From the sequence record PQ451753.1: DNA of 64,000 bases; one strand, written 5' to 3'. Position 1 is the first letter of the stretch, and each line of letters begins with the position of its first letter. The notes below the pieces were generated by a model, which ran no database searches, was not told where the DNA came from, and saw only the letters and a list, made by a program, of their open reading frames with translations. Both the position numbers and the translations under genes were made by a program. Shown one piece after another: positions 45,834 to 56,001 of the stretch.

Positions 45834-46904
45834 TTAGTGCGGCCCGTGCGAATCGAAGTTGCCTGATTTCGCTTTGATTGTGTCACACTCAATTGTGTCC
45901 GCTTTCAACCCACCTTTTACGGTTAGTCCTTTCTTAAAGTCCGCAAAGTTGTTGACCACACAAAGACCACCACCGCCGGAGCCACCGCCACCTACTGATA
46001 GACCTGCACATGTCAATAGACCTGTTGCAACTGTCTTAGGTGCGTTAGAGGTTACTTTGTCTGCTTTGAAGAGGATGTCTGAGGCGTCGTAGGAGATGTT
46101 GGTTGCTTTTGCTGTCCAGTCGGTTGTTTTGAAGTTGATGGTATCACTACTATCAACCGTCCACGCACTGGTCTTGAACGAAATAGACTTGCTCGCATTT
46201 AAAATGAAATCCGTACATTCCCATTTAACCGTGTTCTCTGCTTTGAAGTACATACTGTCTGGTGCATAACCGTAGATGTTCTTCTTATCTAAGCGGAACT
46301 CAGTTTCCATGGCATTCTTAAAACCAATAACGGTATCAGCACTATTAAGATACATCACATTGTTATCTGTATCAACAAGCTGGAAGACACCGTCCCCTGT
46401 ATTTAACTGCATGGTGTAGCCAAAGGGCTCACCGTTCGCTTGTGACGTCTGTAGAGTGATGGACTTGTTGTGTGTCGATATCTCTAAGAAGTAAGCGTTA
46501 GATAAATCATCTTTAATTGGATTGTTCGGATCGGCAGACCAAGCATAAACAACTGTCTCTAATCGTTTAACATTAGAAACGTTCATGTCTGTCCAATAAT
46601 AGCGGTCAGTATTACCGAGACGCCAAATAAGGACTTGGTCATTACGACGTACGTCAGGTGGGGTGATTCTGTTAGTATTGAACTTCAACCATTTAGCAGT
46701 CACCGCAGAACCACGGACTACGTTAACAATCTCTTCACCTTCATCGGTTTGATAAGCTTCTTCATCTTCCTCTGGCTGGTCTAACACCGACTCCAATACA
46801 CCGAATCGGTATTCAATGGGCACAACCTTAACCTCACTCTCTCCAAGGTCTTTAACGTTGGCAACCAATCCCCACGAGTGAAAATGGAGTTGTGATAATT
46901 CCAT
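45834..46904 (-). CDS. baseplate central spike (OB-fold plus beta-helix), phiKZ-like
   Basis: N-terminal OB-like region (WLKFNTNRITPPDVRRNDQVLIW), repeated beta-strands, His-containing C-terminus (SHGPH). Confidence 0.7.
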   Translation of the reverse strand: MELSQLHFHSWGLVANVKDLGESEVKVVPIEYRFGVLESVLDQPEEDEEAYQTDEGEEIVNVVRGSAVTAKWLKFNTNRITPPDVRRNDQVLIWRLGNTDRYYWTDMNVSNVKRLETVVYAWSADPNNPIKDDLSNAYFLEISTHNKSITLQTSQANGEPFGYTMQLNTGDGVFQLVDTDNNVMYLNSADTVIGFKNAMETEFRLDKKNIYGYAPDSMYFKAENTVKWECTDFILNASKSISFKTSAWTVDSSDTINFKTTDWTAKATNISYDASDILFKADKVTSNAPKTVATGLLTCAGLSVGGGGSGGGGLCVVNNFADFKKGLTVKGGLKADTIECDTIKAKSGNFDSHGPH

Positions 46905-47003
46905 AATAGCTCCCAGTTTATAAATTCTCTATATGATGACCACTTAATTAATTACAGATGCTGTTAGATGTATGTAGGTCAATCATTTACTCTAGGAGTT
47001 TGC

Positions 47004-47834
47004 ATGGCAAAGCAACGTGCATTCCTCAAGTGGGCAGGTGGTAAATATTCTACAATGGAACACATCCATAAAGTGCTACCCAAAGGCGACTTACTAATTG
47101 AACCGTTTGTCGGTGCGGGTAATGTGTTCCTCAATACGAACTATAAGTCGTATGTTCTAATGGACGCCAATCGCGATTTATCGGACCTTTACACCATACT
47201 TACCATGTATGGCCAAACGTTCATTGATGAATGCAAAGCAATGTTCACTCCAGAGAACAATACGGAAAAACGCTACTACGAAATACGTACAGAGTTTAAT
47301 ACCTCTAACGACCCAAGAGTCCGGGCGCGTATCTTCGTGTATTTGAATCGCCATGGGTTTAATGGACTATGTCGATACAATCGTAGTGGTTGGTTTAATG
47401 TGGCGTATGGTAAATATAAGAAGCCTTACTTTCCTGAAGAGGAGATGCAAGCGTTTCATAAAAAGGCAGTAGAAACAAAGGCTGTGTTCCTGTGGAATAA
47501 GTTTCAAGATTGCTTTAACTCAATTCATGCCTTTACTCATTTAGGTAGAATTGTTGTTTACTGCGACCCGCCGTATGTTCCACTATCACCCACTGCAAAC
47601 TTCACCTCGTATTGTGTAGACGGTTTTCGTCATGAAGACCAAGAGATGCTTGCTGATTACGCACGCAATGCATCTGTCCCTGTGGTTATTTCCAATCACG
47701 ATACTGACGTTAGTCGTCAACTGTATCATGATGCGGATATTACATCTTTTGAAATTCAACGCAGCATTAGTTGCGTTGGTGAAACTCGTACTAAGGCCAA
47801 AGAACTCTTGGCCGTATTCAACAAGGATAAATAA
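47004..47834 (+). CDS. dam: DNA adenine methyltransferase, Dam family
   Basis: FLKWAGGK, LIEPFVGAGNVF, NRHGFNGLCRYN, YCDPPY; SD AGGAG. Confidence 0.95.
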   Translation: MAKQRAFLKWAGGKYSTMEHIHKVLPKGDLLIEPFVGAGNVFLNTNYKSYVLMDANRDLSDLYTILTMYGQTFIDECKAMFTPENNTEKRYYEIRTEFNTSNDPRVRARIFVYLNRHGFNGLCRYNRSGWFNVAYGKYKKPYFPEEEMQAFHKKAVETKAVFLWNKFQDCFNSIHAFTHLGRIVVYCDPPYVPLSPTANFTSYCVDGFRHEDQEMLADYARNASVPVVISNHDTDVSRQLYHDADITSFEIQRSISCVGETRTKAKELLAVFNKDK

Positions 47835-48649
47835 TGAAAGCTATCATTACTCCAGCTACTTTCTCTCCGATTAAACTATCACGCGTACTGCACGCCCTTT
47901 CTCGCGTAGGTCAACTGCATGTGAATGAGCACGGTGAGTTATTCGGTAACTACGAAGAAGCGATTACGTGTCCACAGGACGGTCGTAAAGAAATCTCTGG
48001 TGAGCAATTCTACGGCTACCTAGGTCTTGAGACGCTTGGTCCTGTTAAAGAAATTGGCTGGAAAGACGGTGCATTCACCTACAAAGGCTTCCCTGTAATT
48101 GAAGTGGGTGGCGTTGCACAAGTTGAAGATGAGTTCATCACAGGTACTCCGGTTGCGACATTTGATGCTGACCAAGCTATCTCTCAACTTCTGAACCTTG
48201 AAGGTCAAGAAGAGAAGAACATGGAAAACATCCGTAATGCGGTACAGCGCTCACGTGGCCTTAACCTAATCATGCATTCACTTGCATTCAAACTGTTTAA
48301 CTTGGTTCAGATTCGCGAACTAAACATCCCTGATCCAAACGTCTCTATGGAAGAACGTGCGCGTATTCTTACTGAGCGTAATAACGAAGTAGAAGACCTT
48401 CGTGTGAAGTCTATGGCAGCTATTGCGAATAACATGGCGTCTTATGTACTCGTTGACGGTAGCAATGAATTTGAATTCCGTCAGGCACGTGCCGCATTGC
48501 GTGCAGCGCGTACACTAAACAATCTGTCACTTGCAGAAGCGCCAAATCATATTGATTACAGCTTCTACTACAAAGAAGATGAAGCAGCTCGCGAAGAATC
48601 TTACAAAATGGCTGAGCTACTTGAATTAGGTATGCCTGTCAGCATCTAA
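47834..48649 (+). CDS. hypothetical protein
   Basis: ORF track; TAATG coupling. Confidence 0.8.
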   Translation: MKAIITPATFSPIKLSRVLHALSRVGQLHVNEHGELFGNYEEAITCPQDGRKEISGEQFYGYLGLETLGPVKEIGWKDGAFTYKGFPVIEVGGVAQVEDEFITGTPVATFDADQAISQLLNLEGQEEKNMENIRNAVQRSRGLNLIMHSLAFKLFNLVQIRELNIPDPNVSMEERARILTERNNEVEDLRVKSMAAIANNMASYVLVDGSNEFEFRQARAALRAARTLNNLSLAEAPNHIDYSFYYKEDEAAREESYKMAELLELGMPVSI

Positions 48650-48663
48650 CTGGTAATTAAGAT

Positions 48664-48695
48664 TGAGGGTCACTAGACCCTCTTTTTTATTTGTC
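48664..48695 (+). terminator. intrinsic terminator
   Basis: GAGGGTC-ACTA-GACCCTC followed by TTTTTTATTTGTC. Confidence 0.85.
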
Positions 48696-48763
48696 TTGAC
48701 AATGTGGGTATTTTTTAATGCGTAGTATGATGCTATAGAGAACTGTATACTAAGGATAAAATA

Positions 48764-49042
48764 ATGGAAAAGAAAATCACGGTCAGTCAAAAGCTGTTTG
48801 ACCAGATGTCAACGATTGAGGAACAATCTGCGATACCTGCTGATAAAGCGCTTGAGATGGCAAAAGAAGCCAAGGGCGGGACTTGGTATTCAGATACATA
48901 CACTCCGTACTGCGGTGCACCTAACTGTCGAATAATGCCACGTACTATTAAAGAACCGTACGGCTACCGCTGCCCTACCTGTGGTAACATGACTGGACAC
49001 GATTACCGACGTCTAAAAGAATCACCATTAAACTACCGATAA
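48764..49042 (+). CDS. zinc-ribbon protein
   Basis: YTPYCGAPNC..MPRT...YRCPTCG. Confidence 0.75.
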   Translation: MEKKITVSQKLFDQMSTIEEQSAIPADKALEMAKEAKGGTWYSDTYTPYCGAPNCRIMPRTIKEPYGYRCPTCGNMTGHDYRRLKESPLNYR

Positions 49043-49051
49043 GAAAACGCT

Positions 49052-51538
49052 ATGAACCTTACTATTGAATCCATTAAGCTTGTTGGGTTTACTGGAATGT
49101 GGCTTAATGATGTCAAACACTTCGAGCTGAATATTAAAGAAGCCATTACCCTAATCCTTGGACGTAATGGCTCTGGTAAGTCTCGTTTGATGGCGCAGTT
49201 AAGTCCACTTGCTCCTGCCAAGTCAGACTTCTATGACAAGGGTTATAAGGAGATCGTCTGTGACAATGGTAAAACTTACCGACTTACATGTAGAAAGCAC
49301 GGTAAGGGTCTTAAGTGTACTATTGTTAATGAAACAGATAACGAAGTCATTTGTGAAAACGCCAACCCTAGCGTATATAACCGTTTTGTTAAAGAAATCT
49401 TTAACTACGATAAAGACCTGCATGATTTATTTACAGGTCAAGTACGCTTAACTGAAATGCGTACACCTGAACGACGTAAATGGTTTAGCCTACTGTCTGA
49501 ATCTGACCTGACCTACGCGTTAAGCTTTTATAAGAAAGCGCGTGAGATGAATCGTGATGTATCTGGTACGATTAAAACCCTCAAGCGTTCAATCGGTGAG
49601 TTACGTCCTTTGGTGTTGGAACGTGAAGAAGACTACCAAGCATTGGGTAAACGTATCGGTCTATTGCAGGCTGACATTACGAAGATTGAAACACAACTTC
49701 GTGAACTCAATTACGATATGTCGATTAGTGATAACGACATTGACCTAGTTGAGAAACATCTAGACAACATCAATAAAGAAGTGTCTAAGATGCAATTGTG
49801 GTTACCTGCAAACTACGAAGATTACGATGCGGCTGATATTGAACGTTCTCTTTCTTTCCTAATGGCGAAGAAAGAAGGGTTACTATCTAAGTTAGAAGAT
49901 TTAGAAAACCGTATTGTTAAAGCTAATGCCATTAACAGTGTTGACGTTACTGCATTAGAAACACATCGCGATGACCAAGATATCTTTGTTACGACAGAGA
50001 GCTCTAAACTGGTTATGTTTAAAGGCTTGCTTGAAATCGACCTGACTACTTTGAATCAGGCATATTCTAGCATGGAGAGTTACTGCGACACGCTTGTCGA
50101 TTCAATGACAGTTCTAACAACTGATTTACCGATTGATAACTGCCGTAAACGACTTGACGAAGCCAAAAAGACCGCAGGTGAGTTACAGCAACAGATTAAC
50201 CGTTTGATTAATCATGAAGCTACGCTTACAGCCTCTCTAAAGCACGCTGAGGGTGTTTGTGATGTAACTTGTGTTAAGTGTGAACATACGTTTAAACCGG
50301 GCGTGAGTGACCACGAGCTTGAAACTACAAAGCAGCGTCTATCGACAACTGCGGATATGTTGAAAGCTAAGAAAGAAGAGTTAGTTCATGCAGATGAAAT
50401 GGTAGAGCGTTACTCACGTTTCTGCGTAGCATCTGAGAACATTGCTATGGCTGCCCGTAACTATAAGGTAAACGGTGCAGTTAATTTACTATTTGAATCA
50501 CTGATTGAACGACGTGCGTTTATTGAGAATCCATCTAGTCATTTAGGCTTGATTCATCAATTCCAACGTGAGTTAGAGTCAGCGGTTCATATTGCTAAAG
50601 CGAAAGAAGTGATTGCTAAATACGATCATGACATCAAACTCGCTAAAGCAACACAGGCAGAAGACACAACTGAACTTGAGTCTATGAAGAATGTCGTAGA
50701 ACTTGAGTTAAATGAGTTAGGTACACGTGAGAACTATTTACGTAAGAACTTAGACACAGCTTTAAGTATTGACCGTACACACAGTCGTGCTAAAGAGTTA
50801 GATGTAGAGTTCCAACGTCAGCTAGATGAACACGGACGTATCTCTCAAACGTTGATGGCTAACCTAAAAGCTGAAGTGCTTAATGAGCACAAGGCGCAAT
50901 TGTGGGATCTACTAACCACGGCAAGACAGCGTTATAACGACATGGGACAAGAGCGTCAAAAGCTTAAGTTCCAAGAAGAACAGTTAGAAGATGCAGAGAA
51001 ACGATTTGAAGCATCTAAGCTGTTAGTTAAAACCATGTCTCCTGATGAAGGCATTCTTGCAAAATACTTGTACCAGTGTATTACACGAATCACTAACCTT
51101 ATGTCTGATTACATCAGTCGCATATGGGGATACGAAATGCGTATTCAACCATGTGAAGTAAGTGATGGTGAGATGGATTACAAGTTTCCATTTTGGACTA
51201 AAGACAAGTCGCGTCCAAATGAAGATGTGAGTCAAGGTTCGAAAGCACAAAAAGAAGTTATTGACTTTGTATTTGTACTATCAGCATACCGCGCAATGGG
51301 CTTACTTAGATGTCCCCTCTGGCTCGACGAAATATCTTCGGGCTTCGACGAGGGTCATAAGTCAGAGCTTATTGAGTTTGTTAAAGACCTTGTGGGTAAG
51401 CAACACCATAGTCAAGTGTTCATGGTATCACATGACGCTACCACACACTTCAAACTGACACACGCTGATGTTGTCGTAATTGACCCTGATGGCATTACTG
51501 TGCCTAAATCATATAACAAGAATGCGATTATTAAGTAA
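49052..51538 (+). CDS. sbcC: SbcC/Rad50-like SMC ATPase
   Basis: Walker A GRNGSGKS, coiled coils, zinc hook CVKC, Walker B/D-loop LWLDEISSGFD, H-loop VSH. Confidence 0.92.
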   Translation: MNLTIESIKLVGFTGMWLNDVKHFELNIKEAITLILGRNGSGKSRLMAQLSPLAPAKSDFYDKGYKEIVCDNGKTYRLTCRKHGKGLKCTIVNETDNEVICENANPSVYNRFVKEIFNYDKDLHDLFTGQVRLTEMRTPERRKWFSLLSESDLTYALSFYKKAREMNRDVSGTIKTLKRSIGELRPLVLEREEDYQALGKRIGLLQADITKIETQLRELNYDMSISDNDIDLVEKHLDNINKEVSKMQLWLPANYEDYDAADIERSLSFLMAKKEGLLSKLEDLENRIVKANAINSVDVTALETHRDDQDIFVTTESSKLVMFKGLLEIDLTTLNQAYSSMESYCDTLVDSMTVLTTDLPIDNCRKRLDEAKKTAGELQQQINRLINHEATLTASLKHAEGVCDVTCVKCEHTFKPGVSDHELETTKQRLSTTADMLKAKKEELVHADEMVERYSRFCVASENIAMAARNYKVNGAVNLLFESLIERRAFIENPSSHLGLIHQFQRELESAVHIAKAKEVIAKYDHDIKLAKATQAEDTTELESMKNVVELELNELGTRENYLRKNLDTALSIDRTHSRAKELDVEFQRQLDEHGRISQTLMANLKAEVLNEHKAQLWDLLTTARQRYNDMGQERQKLKFQEEQLEDAEKRFEASKLLVKTMSPDEGILAKYLYQCITRITNLMSDYISRIWGYEMRIQPCEVSDGEMDYKFPFWTKDKSRPNEDVSQGSKAQKEVIDFVFVLSAYRAMGLLRCPLWLDEISSGFDEGHKSELIEFVKDLVGKQHHSQVFMVSHDATTHFKLTHADVVVIDPDGITVPKSYNKNAIIK

Positions 51539-51581
51539 TCGTTTGTTGTAACTTTGAAACTAAAGTTAAGAGAGTTTTAAA

Positions 51582-52004
51582 ATGTATCAAAATCCTAAAG
51601 GAAAACGTCGAATGATAGTAGACCGCCGCAATAGTGACCGTTGCGGAGTCGTTCTCTCGCCTGAAGAGCGAAGAGCAATCTATAAGGAGATGGAAGTGTT
51701 TGACTTCCACTTACCTGAGATTGCAGGGAACTTTCTCCCAATGCACGAACATCATACGGTCTTGCATATTTACAAAGTTGATGGGAAGTTATCGTTAACG
51801 ATCGTAGGTAAGCAAGGGAAGCATAGTTGGGTACGTAATCAGAAAGAATGTTTACATGCCCTCACTAATGAAAACATGAAGTACAGTGTTAAACAGGAAA
51901 TCATGGATACGCTTGCTTATAAAGCGCCAACTATCCATCGTCTCCTTAAACTTAAACTGGTAACTGCCGATGTCGAGTCAACTCAAACTGCGGAAGCGAT
52001 CTGA
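51582..52004 (+). CDS. hypothetical protein
   Basis: ORF track. Confidence 0.75.
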   Translation: MYQNPKGKRRMIVDRRNSDRCGVVLSPEERRAIYKEMEVFDFHLPEIAGNFLPMHEHHTVLHIYKVDGKLSLTIVGKQGKHSWVRNQKECLHALTNENMKYSVKQEIMDTLAYKAPTIHRLLKLKLVTADVESTQTAEAI

Positions 52005-52446
52005 GTTACGTGACGGCTGTATCCTTAACGCTCCGGAAAGCACAATCCTGATCACGACAAACTGTGAGGGTGCGGCTGGCCGGGGCGTTGCTCTTGCTAT
52101 GCGCGAACGATATAAAAAGATATATCAAGGATACCGTCATTTATGTAAGTCTGGTCGATACACTCCTAACTCATTACTGACAGCACAAACAGGTGAGGGT
52201 AGCCAACTCCTTTTATTTCCAACTAAGATTAAATGGAGTGAGCCATCACCACCTCAACTTATCATTGATAACCTAGACAAGTTAGCTGATATCTATCGCG
52301 AGTTAAATATTGAAGAGCTTGCAATCGTCCCTCTTGGGATGAGTAATGGGTGGCTTAAAGGTAAGGATAAGGAAAGGGTGTGGAATCATATGCTTTATAC
52401 TTTTGAATCTATGGACATTCCGTGCACCATTTATGTTGATGAGTAA
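51970..52446 (+). CDS. macrodomain protein (Poa1p/DarG-N-like ADP-ribosylhydrolase)
   Basis: TTNCEGAAGRGVALAMRERY...Y...C, LFPTKIKWS..S, LAIVPLGMSNGWL. Confidence 0.85.
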   Translation: MSSQLKLRKRSELRDGCILNAPESTILITTNCEGAAGRGVALAMRERYKKIYQGYRHLCKSGRYTPNSLLTAQTGEGSQLLLFPTKIKWSEPSPPQLIIDNLDKLADIYRELNIEELAIVPLGMSNGWLKGKDKERVWNHMLYTFESMDIPCTIYVDE

Positions 52447-52511
52447 AAATCATTTCAGATATATATCATCTAAGTGAACAATCAATCAAAAACCTTTAAT
52501 GGGGATTACTT
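52444..52511 (+). promoter_or_regulatory. early promoter-leader module
   Basis: GATATATATCAT at 52458-52469; near-copy of 20596-20663. Confidence 0.75.
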
Positions 52512-52997
52512 ATGAACTTTGATATAGTCGAAACATTACGTATCTTTAATCGCCAAGGCGTTACAAATGACACATTTGTTCTTACGGTACTTAAACGTAG
52601 AGAAAATCGTTATATGGTCATCTATGGGCACTTTGACGGACGTGCTTTAAATGATGACAATACTCTTCCTTCTGATGTAAGAGTGCATATATCACACGCG
52701 CTTAAATATAACTCTGAAGACGCACCTGTACGTTTTCCAAATGGACAGCCTAACTTAAATATATTTGATGTAGTAACAAAACAAACGCCGCTAAATGCAA
52801 TTCAATTTGAACCGCATTACTACATCACCTTAGATGAATTAGCAAACTATATAGGCGTATCTTACGGACGCCTTAATAGAAACACCTGGTGTCATTTAGA
52901 CATTGATAAGGATGAACAAGGCGACGATCTTATTTTAGAGCATCGAATGGCTAACTTTAAAGATGTACCAATTGTGGATAACATTAATAAGTTATAA
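52512..52997 (+). CDS. hypothetical protein with possible HTH
   Basis: ITLDELANYIGVSYGRL resembles a helix-turn-helix. Confidence 0.7.
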   Translation: MNFDIVETLRIFNRQGVTNDTFVLTVLKRRENRYMVIYGHFDGRALNDDNTLPSDVRVHISHALKYNSEDAPVRFPNGQPNLNIFDVVTKQTPLNAIQFEPHYYITLDELANYIGVSYGRLNRNTWCHLDIDKDEQGDDLILEHRMANFKDVPIVDNINKL

Positions 52998-53028
52998 AAT
53001 CAAAAAACCTTTTATATTGGAGATAATC

Positions 53029-53916
53029 ATGAAAACCGTTTTAGTATTAGCAGTGGTATTGCTACTATCATTATCAGGCGAGGCATTTGGCAGCACTGGT
53101 TGGAAATCACACGCTGACCTATTTGCAGAGGTTAGTGTTAAGACAGGTGTAGCGGCTTCTGAACTAGCAGCTGTTGCAGCGATTGAATCATCATTCCGTC
53201 CTTGGGTTAAGGCAAAGACCTCTTCAGCTACAGGACTCTTTCAGTTTACAGACCGCACGTGGCGTGTAACGCTTGAAAGCTATGGCGCTAAGTATGGGCT
53301 GGATAAAACAGCAGACCGACGTGACCCTTTAGCAAATGCATTAATGGGTGCTGAATACATCAAGGAGAACCGTCGTGTCCTAAAGAAGAAGATGGGACGT
53401 TACGCAAGTCTTGCGGATGTGTACATGGCCCACCTAATAGCACCACGTCGTGTTGCAGCACTTGAAGACATTAACCCAAATGCATCTATGGCATATCTGT
53501 ATCCTAATCTGGCTAAGTACAATTACAATATCTTTTATAAGAAAGATGGGTCAGCAAGAACAGTAAAAGAGTTCAAACGTTACATCGGCGGTAAGGTATG
53601 GCGAGCATACAACAAGTATCTAGAGCCTGCAAAACTTGCTGTCGTGGAATGGAAACGTGAACGTAACGCTAAACTGTTTGCAAAAGCGATGCAAGTAAAC
53701 GAAGCGCCTTGGGACTGCTCATCAAAACCAATCATTCGTAAATGGGGTGAGGCTTTCAAAGAGAAGTCTTTAGAATATGTACTGTCTTACTTAAACGTAA
53801 GCAAGTATAAAGTAACTCGATACGCATCGGCGCTCAAAGATAACAACCAACGTCGCGAACCATTTAATGGTGCCGTGGAACGTGTGTTGTATCTAGACCG
53901 TCGTTGGATTGCATAA
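53029..53916 (+). CDS. lytic transglycosylase (phiKZ gp144-like) with N-terminal signal peptide
   Basis: AAIESSF...AKTSSATGLFQF...TW, DP.ANALMGAE.IKEN, YMAH, NIFYKKDGS.RT; MKTVLVLAVVLLLSLSGEAFG leader. Confidence 0.9.
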   Translation: MKTVLVLAVVLLLSLSGEAFGSTGWKSHADLFAEVSVKTGVAASELAAVAAIESSFRPWVKAKTSSATGLFQFTDRTWRVTLESYGAKYGLDKTADRRDPLANALMGAEYIKENRRVLKKKMGRYASLADVYMAHLIAPRRVAALEDINPNASMAYLYPNLAKYNYNIFYKKDGSARTVKEFKRYIGGKVWRAYNKYLEPAKLAVVEWKRERNAKLFAKAMQVNEAPWDCSSKPIIRKWGEAFKEKSLEYVLSYLNVSKYKVTRYASALKDNNQRREPFNGAVERVLYLDRRWIA

Positions 53917-53965
53917 CGACAAATAAAAAGAGAGGGCTTTCGCCCTCCCTTTATTTTTTTTTGTC
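53917..53965. terminator. bidirectional terminator
   Basis: GACAAATAAAAA, GAGGGC-TTTC-GCCCTC, TTTATTTTTTTTTGTC. Confidence 0.9.
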
Positions 53966-54618
53966 TAACCAGCGTCTTCAAACAATTCAGGATGTGCCGA
54001 GATAACTTCAAGCAGTTGTTCATTCTGCTCTTGCAACGCATCTGCACGTTCCGTCTGCTCACGCAGCTGAACCTCAAGTGGCTTATGCAATTGGATTGCG
54101 GCTCGACGTGAGGCTTCTAACTGAATGTGATCTTCATGACTTACCGTACCTGACATTGGAATCGTAGCGAAGTTAATATCCGCCTTATCTTCAGTCACAC
54201 CAACTGCTTTAGTGACTAGGTCTTGCATATCGTCAATCAGATAATCCAATTGGAAGTTCGATGGCAATGGACCTAAGTCTAGCATCATTACTTTACGTTC
54301 ATATCTAAGCCCTGCCATTCCCGGATACGATTCAATGAACGTGTTAGGTACATAGATGTATTCTTGGTCGGCTGAAATCAGAGTTACAATAGAAGCGCCT
54401 TTAGCTGCATCCTCTTTGTAGATTTTCTCTGACAGTTCTTTTGGAGCGTAGTACTCTTCGTAAACATTGATGCCACGTTTTACTAACTCATCAAAGGAGC
54501 GTACCGCATGACAGCGGTAAATCATTTCCAACGACACCGTGAATGGTGCAAAGAGTGAGTAAACACCTGAGGCATGAATTGGTGGCGTGATTAGTGCCCT
54601 TACGCGTTCGTCCGCCAT
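53965..54618 (-). CDS. phiKZ-like virion structural protein
   Basis: TPPIHASGVYSLFAPF...VRSFDEL...IYVPNTFIESYP recalled from jumbo-phage baseplate-region proteins. Confidence 0.6.
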   Translation of the reverse strand: MADERVRALITPPIHASGVYSLFAPFTVSLEMIYRCHAVRSFDELVKRGINVYEEYYAPKELSEKIYKEDAAKGASIVTLISADQEYIYVPNTFIESYPGMAGLRYERKVMMLDLGPLPSNFQLDYLIDDMQDLVTKAVGVTEDKADINFATIPMSGTVSHEDHIQLEASRRAAIQLHKPLEVQLREQTERADALQEQNEQLLEVISAHPELFEDAG

Positions 54619-54631
54619 CCTTTACTCCTTA

Positions 54632-55951
54632 TTAGGCTTGTTCTTGTTCAACTGCTTCTTCCATCGACAAACGTGACAATACCATGTACAATACGTTGTC
54701 GTAAGAGAAACCTACATAGAAAAGACCGTCACGCTCAACACGTGCGTATTCTACATCTAGGTATGAGTACTCATCCATCTCTTCAGCAGCAATGATAGCG
54801 CCTTGTAGCATGATGATCCAATCCGTTGTGTATTTATTCAAACGGTTAAAATCAGCAGAGCGTGAAGCAATCAATGCGTAGTCTGGGAAGTAGTCTTTTA
54901 GCTTGTACTTGTTATCACGGTTTTCGATACCGCCAGATACTACAAAGGCTAATGACTTGTAGTGTACTGTACTGATATCTAAATACTGCAATACGTGACC
55001 GGGTCTAGGGTACTTGATGTATTTTTCTGCTAACTCACCCGCTTCATCATATGGTACAATCGGCGAATAGAGTTGACCGCGTACTGTTTCATCTGGTACA
55101 CTGCGGTTATGCCACATTGGAACAATAACGAACTCTGTGGAAGTAAAGATGTCTGGGAACACAGGTACCCAGTCTTCACGACCGTAAACAGAGTTGGCTA
55201 GGATATACTCTGCAATGGCTTCTTTGATAACTAACGGGTTATTCCCGGCAATGCCGTAGATAATCACCGTCCAGTTTGTCATAAGAGACGTATCAGGATC
55301 TTCACGGTCGTACCAAGGGTACTCGCGAGTGACACGATTAGAATAAGGATTCTCATCAGCAAGCTGTGCAACCTTAACGTCGTGGTCAGGAAGATTGAAT
55401 TGGTCGAGTGCAGGTTTAACGTACTCAACTGTCTTCATGAATGTGTCGACTGGCTCGATAGGTGGAATAACAACGATTTCAAATTCGTCGTATTGCGCCT
55501 TGAACGCCTCGTCGGCAAACCATACACGAAGTTCATTTTCTTCACCACCGTCATCAAGGTTCCACTTGATGTATGTTGGCATCCAGTTATTCTTCGCAGT
55601 CTCCATCAAACCGATTTCAGCATCGCCGATGCGGTCTTGGAATTCAGCTAGGAACAATGTACGGAAATGTTCCGGATCATCGTTCAAAGAACCTGCGACA
55701 GATTTGTTGAATACCCATTGTGCGATTTCTAACACATGGGAATGATACTTAGCTGGCGTTTCAATCTTCTCTTCGTCTTGTTTGCTTGTAAACGTGACTA
55801 ATTCAACGTTTGCAGCGTCCGCCTTTGAGTAGTAACCCTTCTCAGTGGCATAAGACAAAGACATGTTTGAAAGTTCGCCTAGCGGGGAGATGTTATTGGG
55901 AATGTTGTTGGCAAATGCCGTGATCTCAATAAACCCTTTTAGATTGTACAT
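54632..55951 (-). CDS. phiKZ-like virion structural protein
   Basis: MYNLKGF...ISPLGELS..S.SY..EKG.Y, WFADEAFKAQYDEFEI.VIPP, FPDIFTSTEF; TATG upstream. Confidence 0.7.
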   Translation of the reverse strand: MYNLKGFIEITAFANNIPNNISPLGELSNMSLSYATEKGYYSKADAANVELVTFTSKQDEEKIETPAKYHSHVLEIAQWVFNKSVAGSLNDDPEHFRTLFLAEFQDRIGDAEIGLMETAKNNWMPTYIKWNLDDGGEENELRVWFADEAFKAQYDEFEIVVIPPIEPVDTFMKTVEYVKPALDQFNLPDHDVKVAQLADENPYSNRVTREYPWYDREDPDTSLMTNWTVIIYGIAGNNPLVIKEAIAEYILANSVYGREDWVPVFPDIFTSTEFVIVPMWHNRSVPDETVRGQLYSPIVPYDEAGELAEKYIKYPRPGHVLQYLDISTVHYKSLAFVVSGGIENRDNKYKLKDYFPDYALIASRSADFNRLNKYTTDWIIMLQGAIIAAEEMDEYSYLDVEYARVERDGLFYVGFSYDNVLYMVLSRLSMEEAVEQEQA

Positions 55952-56001
55952 AGTGCACTCCGTAGGACTATCTTTAACTTACATAATAAATAGGTGACAA
56001 T

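Noticed and set aside
45966-45994. GGGGSGGGG in the spike protein, resembling a synthetic linker
   Set aside because: Natural mixed codons within an otherwise native phage gene; no other vector features
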